A DNA stretch of 64,000 bases from Cyanophyceae cyanobacterium. Lineage in GTDB: Bacteria > Cyanobacteriota > Cyanobacteriia > Cyanobacteriales > Laspinemataceae. The stretch lies in assembly GCA_038321985.1 (NCBI GenBank), contig JBBQFN010000001.1, positions 160,001 through 224,000 of the forward strand, written 5' to 3'. Under the pieces are notes generated by a model, which saw nothing but the letters and a program-made list of their open reading frames with translations, did not search any database and had not been told where the DNA came from. This document shows, piece by piece, positions 41,356-50,787 of the stretch (positions are counted from its first letter, which is position 1; the number at the start of each line of letters is the position of its first letter). Position numbers and translations under genes: made by a program.

Positions 41356-43116
41356 GTGATGACGAGCGCATACGTCCTGATACTGGCTGTTTTAGTCTTG
41401 GGGGGGTTGCTCGCCACCCTAGGCGATCGCCTGGGTACAAAAGTCGGTAAGGCCCGGTTAAGTCTGTTTGGTCTGCGCCCGAGACAAACCGCTACAATCG
41501 TAACCATTGGGACTGGGTTAATGATTGCTGCCTCAACCTTGAGTATTCTGTTTGCCACGAGTAAGTCCTTGCGAATAGGAGTTTTTCAATTGGATGAAAA
41601 ACTCAAAGAATTACGAGAAGCTCAGAAACAACTTGTGGCAGTGGTGACCCAAAAACAGCAGGTGGAAGTCGAACTCACCCAAGCTCGGGAACAGCAGGTG
41701 GCAGCGCAACAGCAGTTAAATGAGATTGATCAGTCGTTGCAATCGGCGATCGTAAAACAAGCGGTTACTGAGGCGCAATTGAATCAAACCCAGACTAAGC
41801 TGAATCAAACCCAGAATCAACTTACCGGCATTCAAACGGATTTTCAGCAAGCTAAAACCGAACTGAGTGTGATTGAAGGGAAATTCGATAGCGCTCAAAA
41901 TCAGCTTGAGGACGTTTCCCAGCAAGCACAGAAGCTACGGAATGATATTGCCGCGCTTCAGGTGGAACGGCAGGACTTGATCGAACAGGGGGAGCAAGTT
42001 AAAGCGACGATTGTGCAGCGCGATCGGGAACTGGCGCTAAAACAGCAGGAAATTGAGCAGCAAAAGCAGGAAGCGGCACAGCAAAGGCTTTCATTAGCTG
42101 CGCAGAAAAACTTACTGGATGAGCAGGAAACGCGGCTGATTCAACAGCAACAGCAAATTGCCCTTCAATCCGGGGAGATTGCCGAACAACAAGCGCAGAT
42201 GGTGGCACAAGAGACAGAGATTGCTCAGCAAAAGCAGGCGATAGAGATTCAACAGCAAGAGCTAGGGGAACAAGAACAGAAAATCGCACGGCAGGAGCAA
42301 GCGATCGCCACTCAGGAGCAAGCGATCGCCCTTCAAGAGCAGGAAATTGCCCAGCGCGATCGCCAGATTTCCGAGCAGGAAGTGGCGATTTCTGAGCAAC
42401 AAACGTTACTCAAACAGTTAGGAACCCAACAAGCCTTTCTGCAAGGGGAGGTGCAAAGTCTGGAACGAGATTTTCAACTGTTGCGGGAAGGAACGGTTGC
42501 CATTCGTCGTAATCAAGTATTGGCTTCGGGGGTTTTGCGGGTCCTCCGCCCGGAAGGCGCTCCCCAAGCAACAAAGGAACTTTTAAAAGAAGCCAATCTC
42601 GCGGCGATCGCCTTGATTCGTCCGGGAACAACCCAACTCAATGAATGGTCGATCGCCATTACGGATACGGAACTCGACCAACTCATTGAACAAATCGATG
42701 ATGGTCAAGATTATGTAGTCAGAATTCTCTCCGCAGCCAATTATTTATTGGGGGAACGGCAAGTGAATGTTTTTGCTGATGCGGTTCCGAATGAGGTGGT
42801 ATTCGCACCCGGAGAACTGGTGGCAACGACTTCGGTGCAGCCCTCTAAAATGAGTGAAGATGATATTAAAGAACAATTGAATTTATTATTAGCGGCGGCT
42901 AATTTCCGAGCGCGTCGCTCCGGTATTGTAACGGATACTATTCAAATTGGAGATGGCCGTATAGCGGCTTTGTTGGAATTTGTGAAGCAGCTTCAAGATA
43001 ATAATGAACCGGGAATTATCCAAGCGGTATCTGCTCGGCAAACCTATACTTCGGGTCCACTGACCCTAGAATTTTTGGTGGTTCATCAGGGAAAGGTTGT
43101 ATTTCGCACGGATTAG
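41356..43116 (+). CDS. DUF3084 coiled-coil membrane protein
   Basis: GDRLGTKVGKARLSLFGLRPRQTA and a long Gln-rich coiled coil. Usual neighbour of ntcA. Confidence 0.88.
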   Translation: MMTSAYVLILAVLVLGGLLATLGDRLGTKVGKARLSLFGLRPRQTATIVTIGTGLMIAASTLSILFATSKSLRIGVFQLDEKLKELREAQKQLVAVVTQKQQVEVELTQAREQQVAAQQQLNEIDQSLQSAIVKQAVTEAQLNQTQTKLNQTQNQLTGIQTDFQQAKTELSVIEGKFDSAQNQLEDVSQQAQKLRNDIAALQVERQDLIEQGEQVKATIVQRDRELALKQQEIEQQKQEAAQQRLSLAAQKNLLDEQETRLIQQQQQIALQSGEIAEQQAQMVAQETEIAQQKQAIEIQQQELGEQEQKIARQEQAIATQEQAIALQEQEIAQRDRQISEQEVAISEQQTLLKQLGTQQAFLQGEVQSLERDFQLLREGTVAIRRNQVLASGVLRVLRPEGAPQATKELLKEANLAAIALIRPGTTQLNEWSIAITDTELDQLIEQIDDGQDYVVRILSAANYLLGERQVNVFADAVPNEVVFAPGELVATTSVQPSKMSEDDIKEQLNLLLAAANFRARRSGIVTDTIQIGDGRIAALLEFVKQLQDNNEPGIIQAVSARQTYTSGPLTLEFLVVHQGKVVFRTD

Positions 43117-43239
43117 GAGAGTGGGGTTAGTTGTTGCTTCTTTGGATCCAGGTTAATTGGGGTAAAGCGGAACCCGAATTTCCAGGCTGCTGCAAGGGTG
43201 TTATTCAGTTAGAGTAATCATTAAAAAGGACAAGAATTT

Positions 43240-43665
43240 ATGGGTAACTCTTTAGAAGAAACCGTGATTTTAGGGTTTGATCCAGGCCGGTTAAAGTGTG
43301 GCATTGCCGTCATGAAAAACAGTCGCCAACTGTTAGTGCATGAAGTGGTTCCGGCGGAAGAGGCGATCGCCGTGATTGAATTGTTCTTTCAACGGTTTGG
43401 GGTTGACCTGCTCGTGATTGGCGATCGCACCACCTCGAAAAAGTGGCAAGAACATATTGCTGAATCTTTGTCTATCCAGTTACCCATCGTCCAAGTGGAT
43501 GAGCGCTACAGCACCTTAGAAGCACGCGATCGCTATTGGGAAATGTATCCGCCTCGGGGATTAACTCGTCTGATTCCCCAAGGGATGCGCCAACCGCCTC
43601 GGGCGATCGATGATATTGTTGCCATTCTCTTAATCGAGAGATATTTAAAAACCAGAGAGAATTAA
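43240..43665 (+). CDS. YqgF/RuvX-family RNase H-fold nuclease
   Basis: LGFDPG..KCGIA, VDERYST and IDDIVA. Confidence 0.85.
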   Translation: MGNSLEETVILGFDPGRLKCGIAVMKNSRQLLVHEVVPAEEAIAVIELFFQRFGVDLLVIGDRTTSKKWQEHIAESLSIQLPIVQVDERYSTLEARDRYWEMYPPRGLTRLIPQGMRQPPRAIDDIVAILLIERYLKTREN

Positions 43666-43714
43666 GCCTGGGAAGGCAACTGCTTTTTAAGCATTCTTTC
43701 TTGATTTTAAAGCG

Positions 43715-43978
43715 CTATAACTGCGCTCGAATAGTAAACGAATAATCCCCACCCGGTTCGAGTTGATAATCGCATTTTTCTAAAAAACGTCCCAAGGGTT
43801 CTTGAATTAAAGCGCGTCCTTGGGACGGTTCGATCGCCAGTTTACCCACACGAAAACACCACCGAAAATTCCAAATAAAATCCCCGGCGCTGACTTCCCC
43901 TTCCAGGATGCCCCGTTGCCAAGACTGATTCAGCACTCGAACGTGGGCAGTCGTTCTAGGTACACGCTTCCTACTCAC
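43715..43978 (-). CDS. DUF3146 family protein
   Basis: PS.GRALI.EPLGRFLEK.DYQLEPGGDY. The GTG start overlaps the pth stop. Confidence 0.8.
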   Translation of the reverse strand: MSRKRVPRTTAHVRVLNQSWQRGILEGEVSAGDFIWNFRWCFRVGKLAIEPSQGRALIQEPLGRFLEKCDYQLEPGGDYSFTIRAQL

Positions 43979-44610
43979 GGCTTGGTTCCGACAACACTTC
44001 GACTATTGTAAAGACTCATCGCTTTCTCGCAGCCTTCCTTTAGACTGAGTTCGATCGCATCTCGGACTAAGTACATCACCTCAGACAGGATGGGTTTTTC
44101 CTCGGGGGTAAATTTACCCAAGACATGAGAAACCGTATCGGTTTCGGCTTTTCCGTCACCGGGTTTACCGATACCCACCCGTAACCGGGGAAACTCCTGG
44201 GTGCTCAAATGGGCGATCGTGGATTTGATGCCATTGTGACCCCCAGCGGAACCGGAAAGCCTCATCCGCAGGCGTCCCACGGGCAAATCCATATCATCAT
44301 AAACTGTCAGGACCGATTGGGGGGGCAGTTTATACCAATCAGTAACCGCGCGAATCGCTTGTCCGGACCGATTCATATAGGTGAGGGGCTTAAGGAGGTA
44401 AATTTTATGGCCTTTTGGCCCTCGACCCTCGCCAAATAGCCCCTGAAAGCGGCGGTTTTCTGTCAGAGAAATTTGCCAGGACCGGGCAAGCATATCGACG
44501 GCAGCGAACCCGATATTATGGCGGGTTTCATGGTATTTTGCTTCTGGATTTCCCAACCCGACGATCAGTTGGGGAATCACCAGAGGAACGGATGTCTCGC
44601 TTGCTGTCAT
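43975..44610 (-). CDS. pth: Peptidyl-tRNA hydrolase
   Basis: LIVGLGNP, TRHNIGF, KPLTYMNRSG and GSAGGHNG. ATG at 44610 chosen as start. Confidence 0.96.
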   Translation of the reverse strand: MTASETSVPLVIPQLIVGLGNPEAKYHETRHNIGFAAVDMLARSWQISLTENRRFQGLFGEGRGPKGHKIYLLKPLTYMNRSGQAIRAVTDWYKLPPQSVLTVYDDMDLPVGRLRMRLSGSAGGHNGIKSTIAHLSTQEFPRLRVGIGKPGDGKAETDTVSHVLGKFTPEEKPILSEVMYLVRDAIELSLKEGCEKAMSLYNSRSVVGTKP

Positions 44611-44846
44611 GGGAATTTTGGAGTCAGAGGTTAGTTTAGGGTTTAGATTGTAAAGGGTTTTGTGCATTCCCTCATCCTTCGTCCCGTTGCTTGGGATGAT
44701 AACGCACCACTCCTGAGACTGACAGAGGGATAAAATAAGGAATCCCGCCAAGGTAGGGGCTTGGGCTGGATCTGCCCCCCTCCTTCGTGGGATAAATTGA
44801 TAATGAGCAATTAAGCGATCGCATCACCAGAGTGCCAAGGGGGAAC

Positions 44847-45116
44847 TTAGCCTTGTTCAGAGGGATGAATGGCTTCTTCGGGGGACACAGAACTTGCAAT
44901 TTTCTGAGGTTCAGCCGGTTTAGCGGTTTTGGATGCCTCGATTTGATCCGCCTCGCGCTTGATTTCATTTTCAAATTCCCGACTCGCATCCTGGAATCCG
45001 CGAATTGCTTTTCCCATACTGCGACCAATTTCCGGTAACTTTTTGGGTCCAAAGATGAGAAGGGCGATCGTCAGAATCACCATGATTTCGGGCAAACCCA
45101 TACCAAAGATATTCAC
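44847..45116 (-). CDS. tatA: Twin-arginine translocase subunit TatA/E
   Basis: GTG start after GGAGG. Sequence FGMGLPE..LLIFGPKKLPEIGRS.GKAIRGF. Confidence 0.93.
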   Translation of the reverse strand: MNIFGMGLPEIMVILTIALLIFGPKKLPEIGRSMGKAIRGFQDASREFENEIKREADQIEASKTAKPAEPQKIASSVSPEEAIHPSEQG

Positions 45117-45222
45117 GCAGACCTCCAACAGACCACTTGTTATTAGTATAGAAAAAAAATCCCGGTCAAACCGGGAAAGCAGGGATCCTTAATATCCCTG
45201 CCTTAGGGGCGATCGCCGTAAG

Positions 45223-45426
45223 TTAGCGCCCGAGGGTGGTCCAATCCACATCGACCCCATTCAGGATCAAGGAAGAGTTGTAGATTTGCAGGATAATCAC
45301 TAAGAACAGGAAAAATAGCAGCATGAAAACGCCCATCAGCGGCGTAGTACCCCAGCCGGGGGAGACTTTACCATATTCTGCATTTAATGGTCTGAGTAGA
45401 TTTCCCAATTTTGTTTGCTGTGCCAT
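45223..45426 (-). CDS. psbH: Photosystem II PsbH
   Basis: [29 protein letters not shown]. Confidence 0.97.
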   Translation of the reverse strand: MAQQTKLGNLLRPLNAEYGKVSPGWGTTPLMGVFMLLFFLFLVIILQIYNSSLILNGVDVDWTTLGR

Positions 45427-45508
45427 GCGTCACCTCGTTATTCTGGACGGCGAAAATTAATGTTTTGTAATATTCTATAGGAATCAGACTCATAATTTTA
45501 CTAAAAAT

Positions 45509-45649
45509 ATGGAAAATCTGGAACCGGCAACAGTTCTTAGCATTGGGATAGGTGCGATCCTCGTGGCGATCGCGGCCTTTTCTATCTACACCTCCTTTGG
45601 CCCCCCATCTAAGGAATTGGCCGATCCCTTCGACGATCACGACGATTAA
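45509..45649 (+). CDS. psbN: PsbN (below the ORF-track cutoff)
   Basis: Manual translation MENLEPATVLSIGIGAILVAIAAFSIYTSFGPPSKELADPFDDHDD*. Divergent from psbH, as is typical. Confidence 0.93.
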   Translation: MENLEPATVLSIGIGAILVAIAAFSIYTSFGPPSKELADPFDDHDD

Positions 45650-45935
45650 ACCCCGGATCCAGCGTCCCCCGGCGCTGGACCTGACTCAATTTAGCCCCTC
45701 AATTTTTTCATCAATGAGACAAGTCAGCGGCGGCAACTGCGATCGCGCAACCGCCATCAAAGTCAGGGAGGCGATCGCTTCGTTTTATTGTCAACCCCTC
45801 AACGTAAACCGATATCGGTCCATCTAAATCATTCGGACCCTAAAATTAATCCGTTAGAGCCTCTTGCTTGAGTTTTCACTTCATTTAGACTGACTAGAGA
45901 GAAACGGTAAATACCCTCTCTTACCCGATTATTCT

Positions 45936-48617
45936 TCACATTTGAATCGGTGAATTGGGAACACAGGGCTGTCTTGCTAAACTGGGTAAATTTCGTCCCG
46001 TACCCCGAGGGGTTCTCGCCACCAGTTCCATTCGTCCTTGAGAATTCATAATCCATCCTTCTGCTTCTACCAATTGCTCTGTCAAAGTTGTTTCAATTGA
46101 AGTGGATGCAGCAGATGTATCGGGAATTCGGCTCTCCTGCCGAGGTAATTTCTCTAACCTTTGCGGTCCTAAATCTATCAAAAGGGCTTCATCGCTAATC
46201 GCTTCCGTCGGATTAGGAGGAAGACCACCCCTCCCCGTTATAATAAACTCACTTTGTTGTTGACCTGAGCGACAGCTAGAATCAATTTGTTGGGCCGGAT
46301 CTGCTAAATTAACCGCTAACTCAACCAATCCGGAGGTCGGGTCAACTTCCGGGGTATTAATTCTAACTGTTCCACTTAGGGATGAATCGGCACCGGTTGC
46401 CGTAATATCACTCGTCAAATCACTGGATTGGATTTTAAATTCTGTTCCAAAAATCCCTTCGGCTTGAATCGTGACAATACCTCCTTGGGATTGCTCCGAG
46501 TTAGCACTGATATCACTATTTTCAAAAGCACCCAGAATCTCCGTATCAAATATGATATTCCCACCTGTGGCGCTCCCTGTGGCGTTGGTTGTAATCTGGC
46601 TGTTGCGGCGCAGGATAGTTGAATTTGCCACAATCGTGATGTTACCTTGGCTACCGGATTCAGTTTCACCCAGCAAACTCGCTTGGTTGTCCAGCAAAAT
46701 CTCACCAGCCGTCACCGTCAGAATCCCGGGAGAAAAAGCGCCTTTAGCGCTAACTCGGATTTGAGACGCATCAGAAAGAGAGACTCGTTCCGCAGTAACG
46801 GTCACATTTCCCGCATTTCCGTTTCCAATGGTTTCCGATGAAATACTAGCACCATTTGAAAGTAATAACTCTCCTGTTTCTACAGTGAGACTTCCGGCAT
46901 TCCCCGTGACTCCAGAATTAACAAATGTCTCTAATTTACTCCCGGTTCCTGAACCGTTGAACCCCCTCAACGTTACGGATTCACTAGCGCGAACTATCAG
47001 ACTACCGGCATTACCTCGGGCATCCGTAGAAGAAGAAATGACGGCTCCATCTGATAGGCTTAAGCGACTTGTATTAATCGTAATTAATCCGGAATCAGCC
47101 AAAATTTCCTGATTGGGAATAACTTCAGTTTGAGTCTCAAGGGAATTTTGAACTTCCATCCCCAAAGAATCCACCGATTCATCCAACTCGCTGGAGGGTT
47201 CAGGTTCTTCATCAAGAGAACCCGAACCCGTCTGGATATAGACACCAAATCCATCCCCATCTACCCCACTCAGGGTTAGGGACTCCCTAGCCTGAATGTT
47301 CAAAATTCCTGCCTGACCTTTGCCAAAGGTTGTAGCCGAAATAATGGCTCCGTCTAAGAGAGTTAATTGACCCGTTTCTAGGTTAACAATCCCAGCATTT
47401 CCAGTGGCATTGGTACGAACTTCTGCAAATAATCCCCCGAATCCATCCGAGGGATCTAACCCGCTAAATTTAATCGATTCAGTTGCCCGAATAGTTAAAT
47501 TTCCTCCATTCCCTTGACCCCGAGTAGAAGAAGAAATTAAGGCTCCACCCAATGTTAAAAATTGGGCTGTTTCTACTTCCAAACTACCCCCATTTCCCGT
47601 AGCACCTGGAAAGACTTCTGCGATCGCCACACTGGGAAACCCTAAGGAATTAGCACCGCTGAATTCCACTTGTTCAGAAGCAAATAAGCGGATATCTTGC
47701 CCCGGTTGATTTCCCAAGGTTAAAGAAATCAGGGCTGACCCTTCCCGCATAAAAAGCGATCGCCCTTGCAAGGCGATCGGACCCCCTCCTTGACCACTGG
47801 TATCTAACGAGGCAGCAGTTAACTTAATATCTCCAAAATTCCCTACCTCTGAATACCCAAACCCCCAGAAAGGGTTTGTAATGCTCAACATAACTTGACT
47901 ATTAGCGCCCACGCTTCCCAGTTCAATCTGTCCCCCAACGGCGGTTAAATTTCCCCCAATTAGCTCAATTTCACCCCCAATTAATGCTAAAGTTTTATCC
48001 TGAACTTGTAAGCCAGCGGGTCTATTTTCACTCACGATAGACCCCCGAACTGGCTCAGTTAAAGTCAGATTATTTCCAGGTCCCTGTACAATAATTTTTC
48101 CTGGATTGGGACCCATTTGTAAACCCACAGGTAGGCTTACTGTTAGCAATGGTACAGTCTCGGTGGGTAAGGTACTAAAAAAGGTTCCATCGGCAAAATT
48201 AAGGCGATCGGCGGTAGAAGCGAGAAAAGAACCCCCCATATTTAATTGGGCATTCGGTCCAAACACAATGCCATTTGGATTCAGGAAAAATAAATTTGCA
48301 GCCCCCTTGACCTGAATCAAACCATCTATATTAGAGATAGAAGAACCTGTAACCCGGCTAAAGATATTTTGAATATCCAGAGGGTTATCAAAAAGAAGTT
48401 GACTATTAGTAGGCAAAGAAAATTCTTGGAAGCTATGAAATATATTGCCTTCCGCTTGAGTTCCTCCTTTGATAATATTCGTGGTTCCCTGACGGATTAC
48501 AGTGGTATTAACAGGTAGGGTAGCATCCGGGATAATTTGAGCTTGTACTTGAGATGCCAAACCAAAAAAAATACAACTCAATAATTTCAATAAATATCTA
48601 CTAATAGGAACACTCAT
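45936..48617 (-). CDS. Filamentous haemagglutinin-family (TPS domain) exoprotein
   Basis: Signal peptide ending AQIIPD. Motifs NIFHSF.EF, NIFSRVTG..S.IDG and NLFFLNPNGIVFG, GNAG beta-helix repeats, and C-terminal FIITGRGGLP / EAEGW. Confidence 0.92.
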   Translation of the reverse strand: MSVPISRYLLKLLSCIFFGLASQVQAQIIPDATLPVNTTVIRQGTTNIIKGGTQAEGNIFHSFQEFSLPTNSQLLFDNPLDIQNIFSRVTGSSISNIDGLIQVKGAANLFFLNPNGIVFGPNAQLNMGGSFLASTADRLNFADGTFFSTLPTETVPLLTVSLPVGLQMGPNPGKIIVQGPGNNLTLTEPVRGSIVSENRPAGLQVQDKTLALIGGEIELIGGNLTAVGGQIELGSVGANSQVMLSITNPFWGFGYSEVGNFGDIKLTAASLDTSGQGGGPIALQGRSLFMREGSALISLTLGNQPGQDIRLFASEQVEFSGANSLGFPSVAIAEVFPGATGNGGSLEVETAQFLTLGGALISSSTRGQGNGGNLTIRATESIKFSGLDPSDGFGGLFAEVRTNATGNAGIVNLETGQLTLLDGAIISATTFGKGQAGILNIQARESLTLSGVDGDGFGVYIQTGSGSLDEEPEPSSELDESVDSLGMEVQNSLETQTEVIPNQEILADSGLITINTSRLSLSDGAVISSSTDARGNAGSLIVRASESVTLRGFNGSGTGSKLETFVNSGVTGNAGSLTVETGELLLSNGASISSETIGNGNAGNVTVTAERVSLSDASQIRVSAKGAFSPGILTVTAGEILLDNQASLLGETESGSQGNITIVANSTILRRNSQITTNATGSATGGNIIFDTEILGAFENSDISANSEQSQGGIVTIQAEGIFGTEFKIQSSDLTSDITATGADSSLSGTVRINTPEVDPTSGLVELAVNLADPAQQIDSSCRSGQQQSEFIITGRGGLPPNPTEAISDEALLIDLGPQRLEKLPRQESRIPDTSAASTSIETTLTEQLVEAEGWIMNSQGRMELVARTPRGTGRNLPSLARQPCVPNSPIQM

Positions 48618-49072
48618 ATGAGGATATTTTCCGCTAAATTTATTCCTATTATTTCGGTGAAACTTTTGTTTGCTGTTCATAGAATTTCCCAGTATAGGTT
48701 TCTCTAACCTGCTCACTTTAGGGAGAGCAATTGCAATTTTGACACCCCTGGAGACAGCCATTGTTCCAGATAATTTTTACTGCTGATTTATAAATTTGAT
48801 GACAGCAGATATTCCTAAAGTCAAAATAACAGTTTTTTGAGCCTCTAAAACAATTTATTTATTCTTCGGTTATTATAGCGGGGGTAGGAAAGCAAAAAAT
48901 GGCGATCGCTGCATTCCCCCTAAATTAATTGAGCAACTCGTCACAGTCAAGCCCTACTTTTTATAATTTATTTATAGCTTTATTGAGCTTTACCTCCTGA
49001 TTAACCCTTTTGTCGTCCCCGTTAAGATGGGCCTTTGCAGCTTTGGCTTGATTCCCAAAATTATAATAAGTT

Positions 49073-49783
49073 TTAGCCTTTATTATAAAGTAGTTGGTGT
49101 TTCTTTTTTAGATAACGAATTAATTTTTCTTGGTTTTCGGGAATTAGGCAGCGGGTGACCATTGAGTTGGCACGGACGCGATAATTAAATAAGACTTCGG
49201 AGATGTGATAAAATTCCCACCCCTTTTCTAGGGCACTTAGCCACAAATCCCAATCTTCAAAGCCTAGTTTATCGGGAATATGGGAGTCATATCCGCCGCA
49301 GTCTTGCCAGAGGGTTTTTCTAAAGACGGCACAGGCATCGATATAATTGCCTTGTAATAATCGAGTTGGATCAAACTCGGGGACTTGCCAAATTCCGGTG
49401 CGATCGCCGATGAATTCCACATCTCCATAGACAACTCCAACGGTAGGAAATTGGTCTAAAATTTCTATGCCTTTGGAAATATAGTCAGGTTTTATTTTAT
49501 TGTCGGCATCTAAGGGTAAAATATACTCACCCTGAGCTACTTTTATGCTGACATTCCGGGCAGTGGCTAACCCTTGATTGGGTTGATGGATGATTTGATA
49601 GCCCTGGTTTTGTAAATAATCCAGCACTTCTAAGGTTAAGGGTTCTGTGGATCCATCATTGACGATGATGAGTTCGATATTTGCCTCGAAACATCCCTCC
49701 ACGCTGGCGATCGCATCAAGGAGATATTCCCCTTGATTGTAACAAGGGATAATCACCGATAGAGCAATTTCTCCTAAAGCCAT
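49073..49783 (-). CDS. Glycosyltransferase family 2
   Basis: SVIIPCYN, VNDGS, GLATARN, LDAD and EDWDLW. Confidence 0.92.
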   Translation of the reverse strand: MALGEIALSVIIPCYNQGEYLLDAIASVEGCFEANIELIIVNDGSTEPLTLEVLDYLQNQGYQIIHQPNQGLATARNVSIKVAQGEYILPLDADNKIKPDYISKGIEILDQFPTVGVVYGDVEFIGDRTGIWQVPEFDPTRLLQGNYIDACAVFRKTLWQDCGGYDSHIPDKLGFEDWDLWLSALEKGWEFYHISEVLFNYRVRANSMVTRCLIPENQEKLIRYLKKKHQLLYNKG

Positions 49784-49920
49784 TGCTATGATCCACTCCC
49801 TAAAATTTTACCGGGTTTACTCTTCTGTTGCTTCCCACCTGGATTTTTACAGTTCTGGGCAGGGATTTTTCAATTCTGCTAGAATCAGTTGGTCAATTAA
49901 TATGATAAACTTACTCTAAA

Positions 49921-50787
49921 ATGGATACCAATTTTTCGGCCAATTCTCAACCCTTAACAGGTAAAGTGGCAGTAGTGACGGGGGCGAGTCGGGGTGCAGG
50001 GCGAGGGATTGCCCTGGTTTTGGGTGAAGCGGGGGCAACTGTCTATGTGACGGGACGGAGTTTGCGGGGGGAGGCAACAACGGATAATCTGCCCGGGACG
50101 ATTGAGGAGACGGCAGAAGCAGTGACGGCGCGGGGTGGCGTGGGTATTGCGGTCCGGTGTGATATGACGAAAGATGAGCAGGTGGAAGCCTTCTTTAGCC
50201 AGGTACAAAGTGAGGGGCGTTTAGATATTTTGGTGAATAATGCCTGGGGCGGTTATGAAGGCTATGATGGTAATACTTGGGCGGATGGAACGGGGTTTTT
50301 TGCCCCCTTTTGGAAACAATCTTTGCAGCGTTGGGAGGGGATGTTTACGGCAGGTGTGCGATCGCATTTGGTAGCAAGTCGTTGTGCCGTCCCCTTGATG
50401 TTGTCCCAACAGCAAGGATTAATTGTGAATACGATCGCCTGGGACCGGGATAAATACCTGGGGAATCTGTTTTACGATGTGGCAAAACACGCGATCGCTC
50501 GAATGACATGGGCGATGGCGCGAGATTTAGGTGAGTATAAAATTGCCGCAGTGGCACTTGCGCCAGGGTTTATGCGAACGGAACGCGTGCTAGATTCGCA
50601 AGATGTGGATTTGGCACAAACCGAGTCTACAGAGTATATCGGACGGGCGATCGCCGCCCTGGCGACGGACCCCAATGTGCTAGAACTCTCGGGAACTGTG
50701 CAGACGGTGGGGGATTTAGCGGTGGAATATGGGTTTACAGATATCGATGGCCGGCAAATTGCAGCGTTTCGTCTGGAGGACCTGTGA
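49921..50787 (+). CDS. Short-chain dehydrogenase/reductase (DHRS1-like)
   Basis: TGASRGAGRG, DILVNNA and catalytic YDVAK. Confidence 0.92.
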   Translation: MDTNFSANSQPLTGKVAVVTGASRGAGRGIALVLGEAGATVYVTGRSLRGEATTDNLPGTIEETAEAVTARGGVGIAVRCDMTKDEQVEAFFSQVQSEGRLDILVNNAWGGYEGYDGNTWADGTGFFAPFWKQSLQRWEGMFTAGVRSHLVASRCAVPLMLSQQQGLIVNTIAWDRDKYLGNLFYDVAKHAIARMTWAMARDLGEYKIAAVALAPGFMRTERVLDSQDVDLAQTESTEYIGRAIAALATDPNVLELSGTVQTVGDLAVEYGFTDIDGRQIAAFRLEDL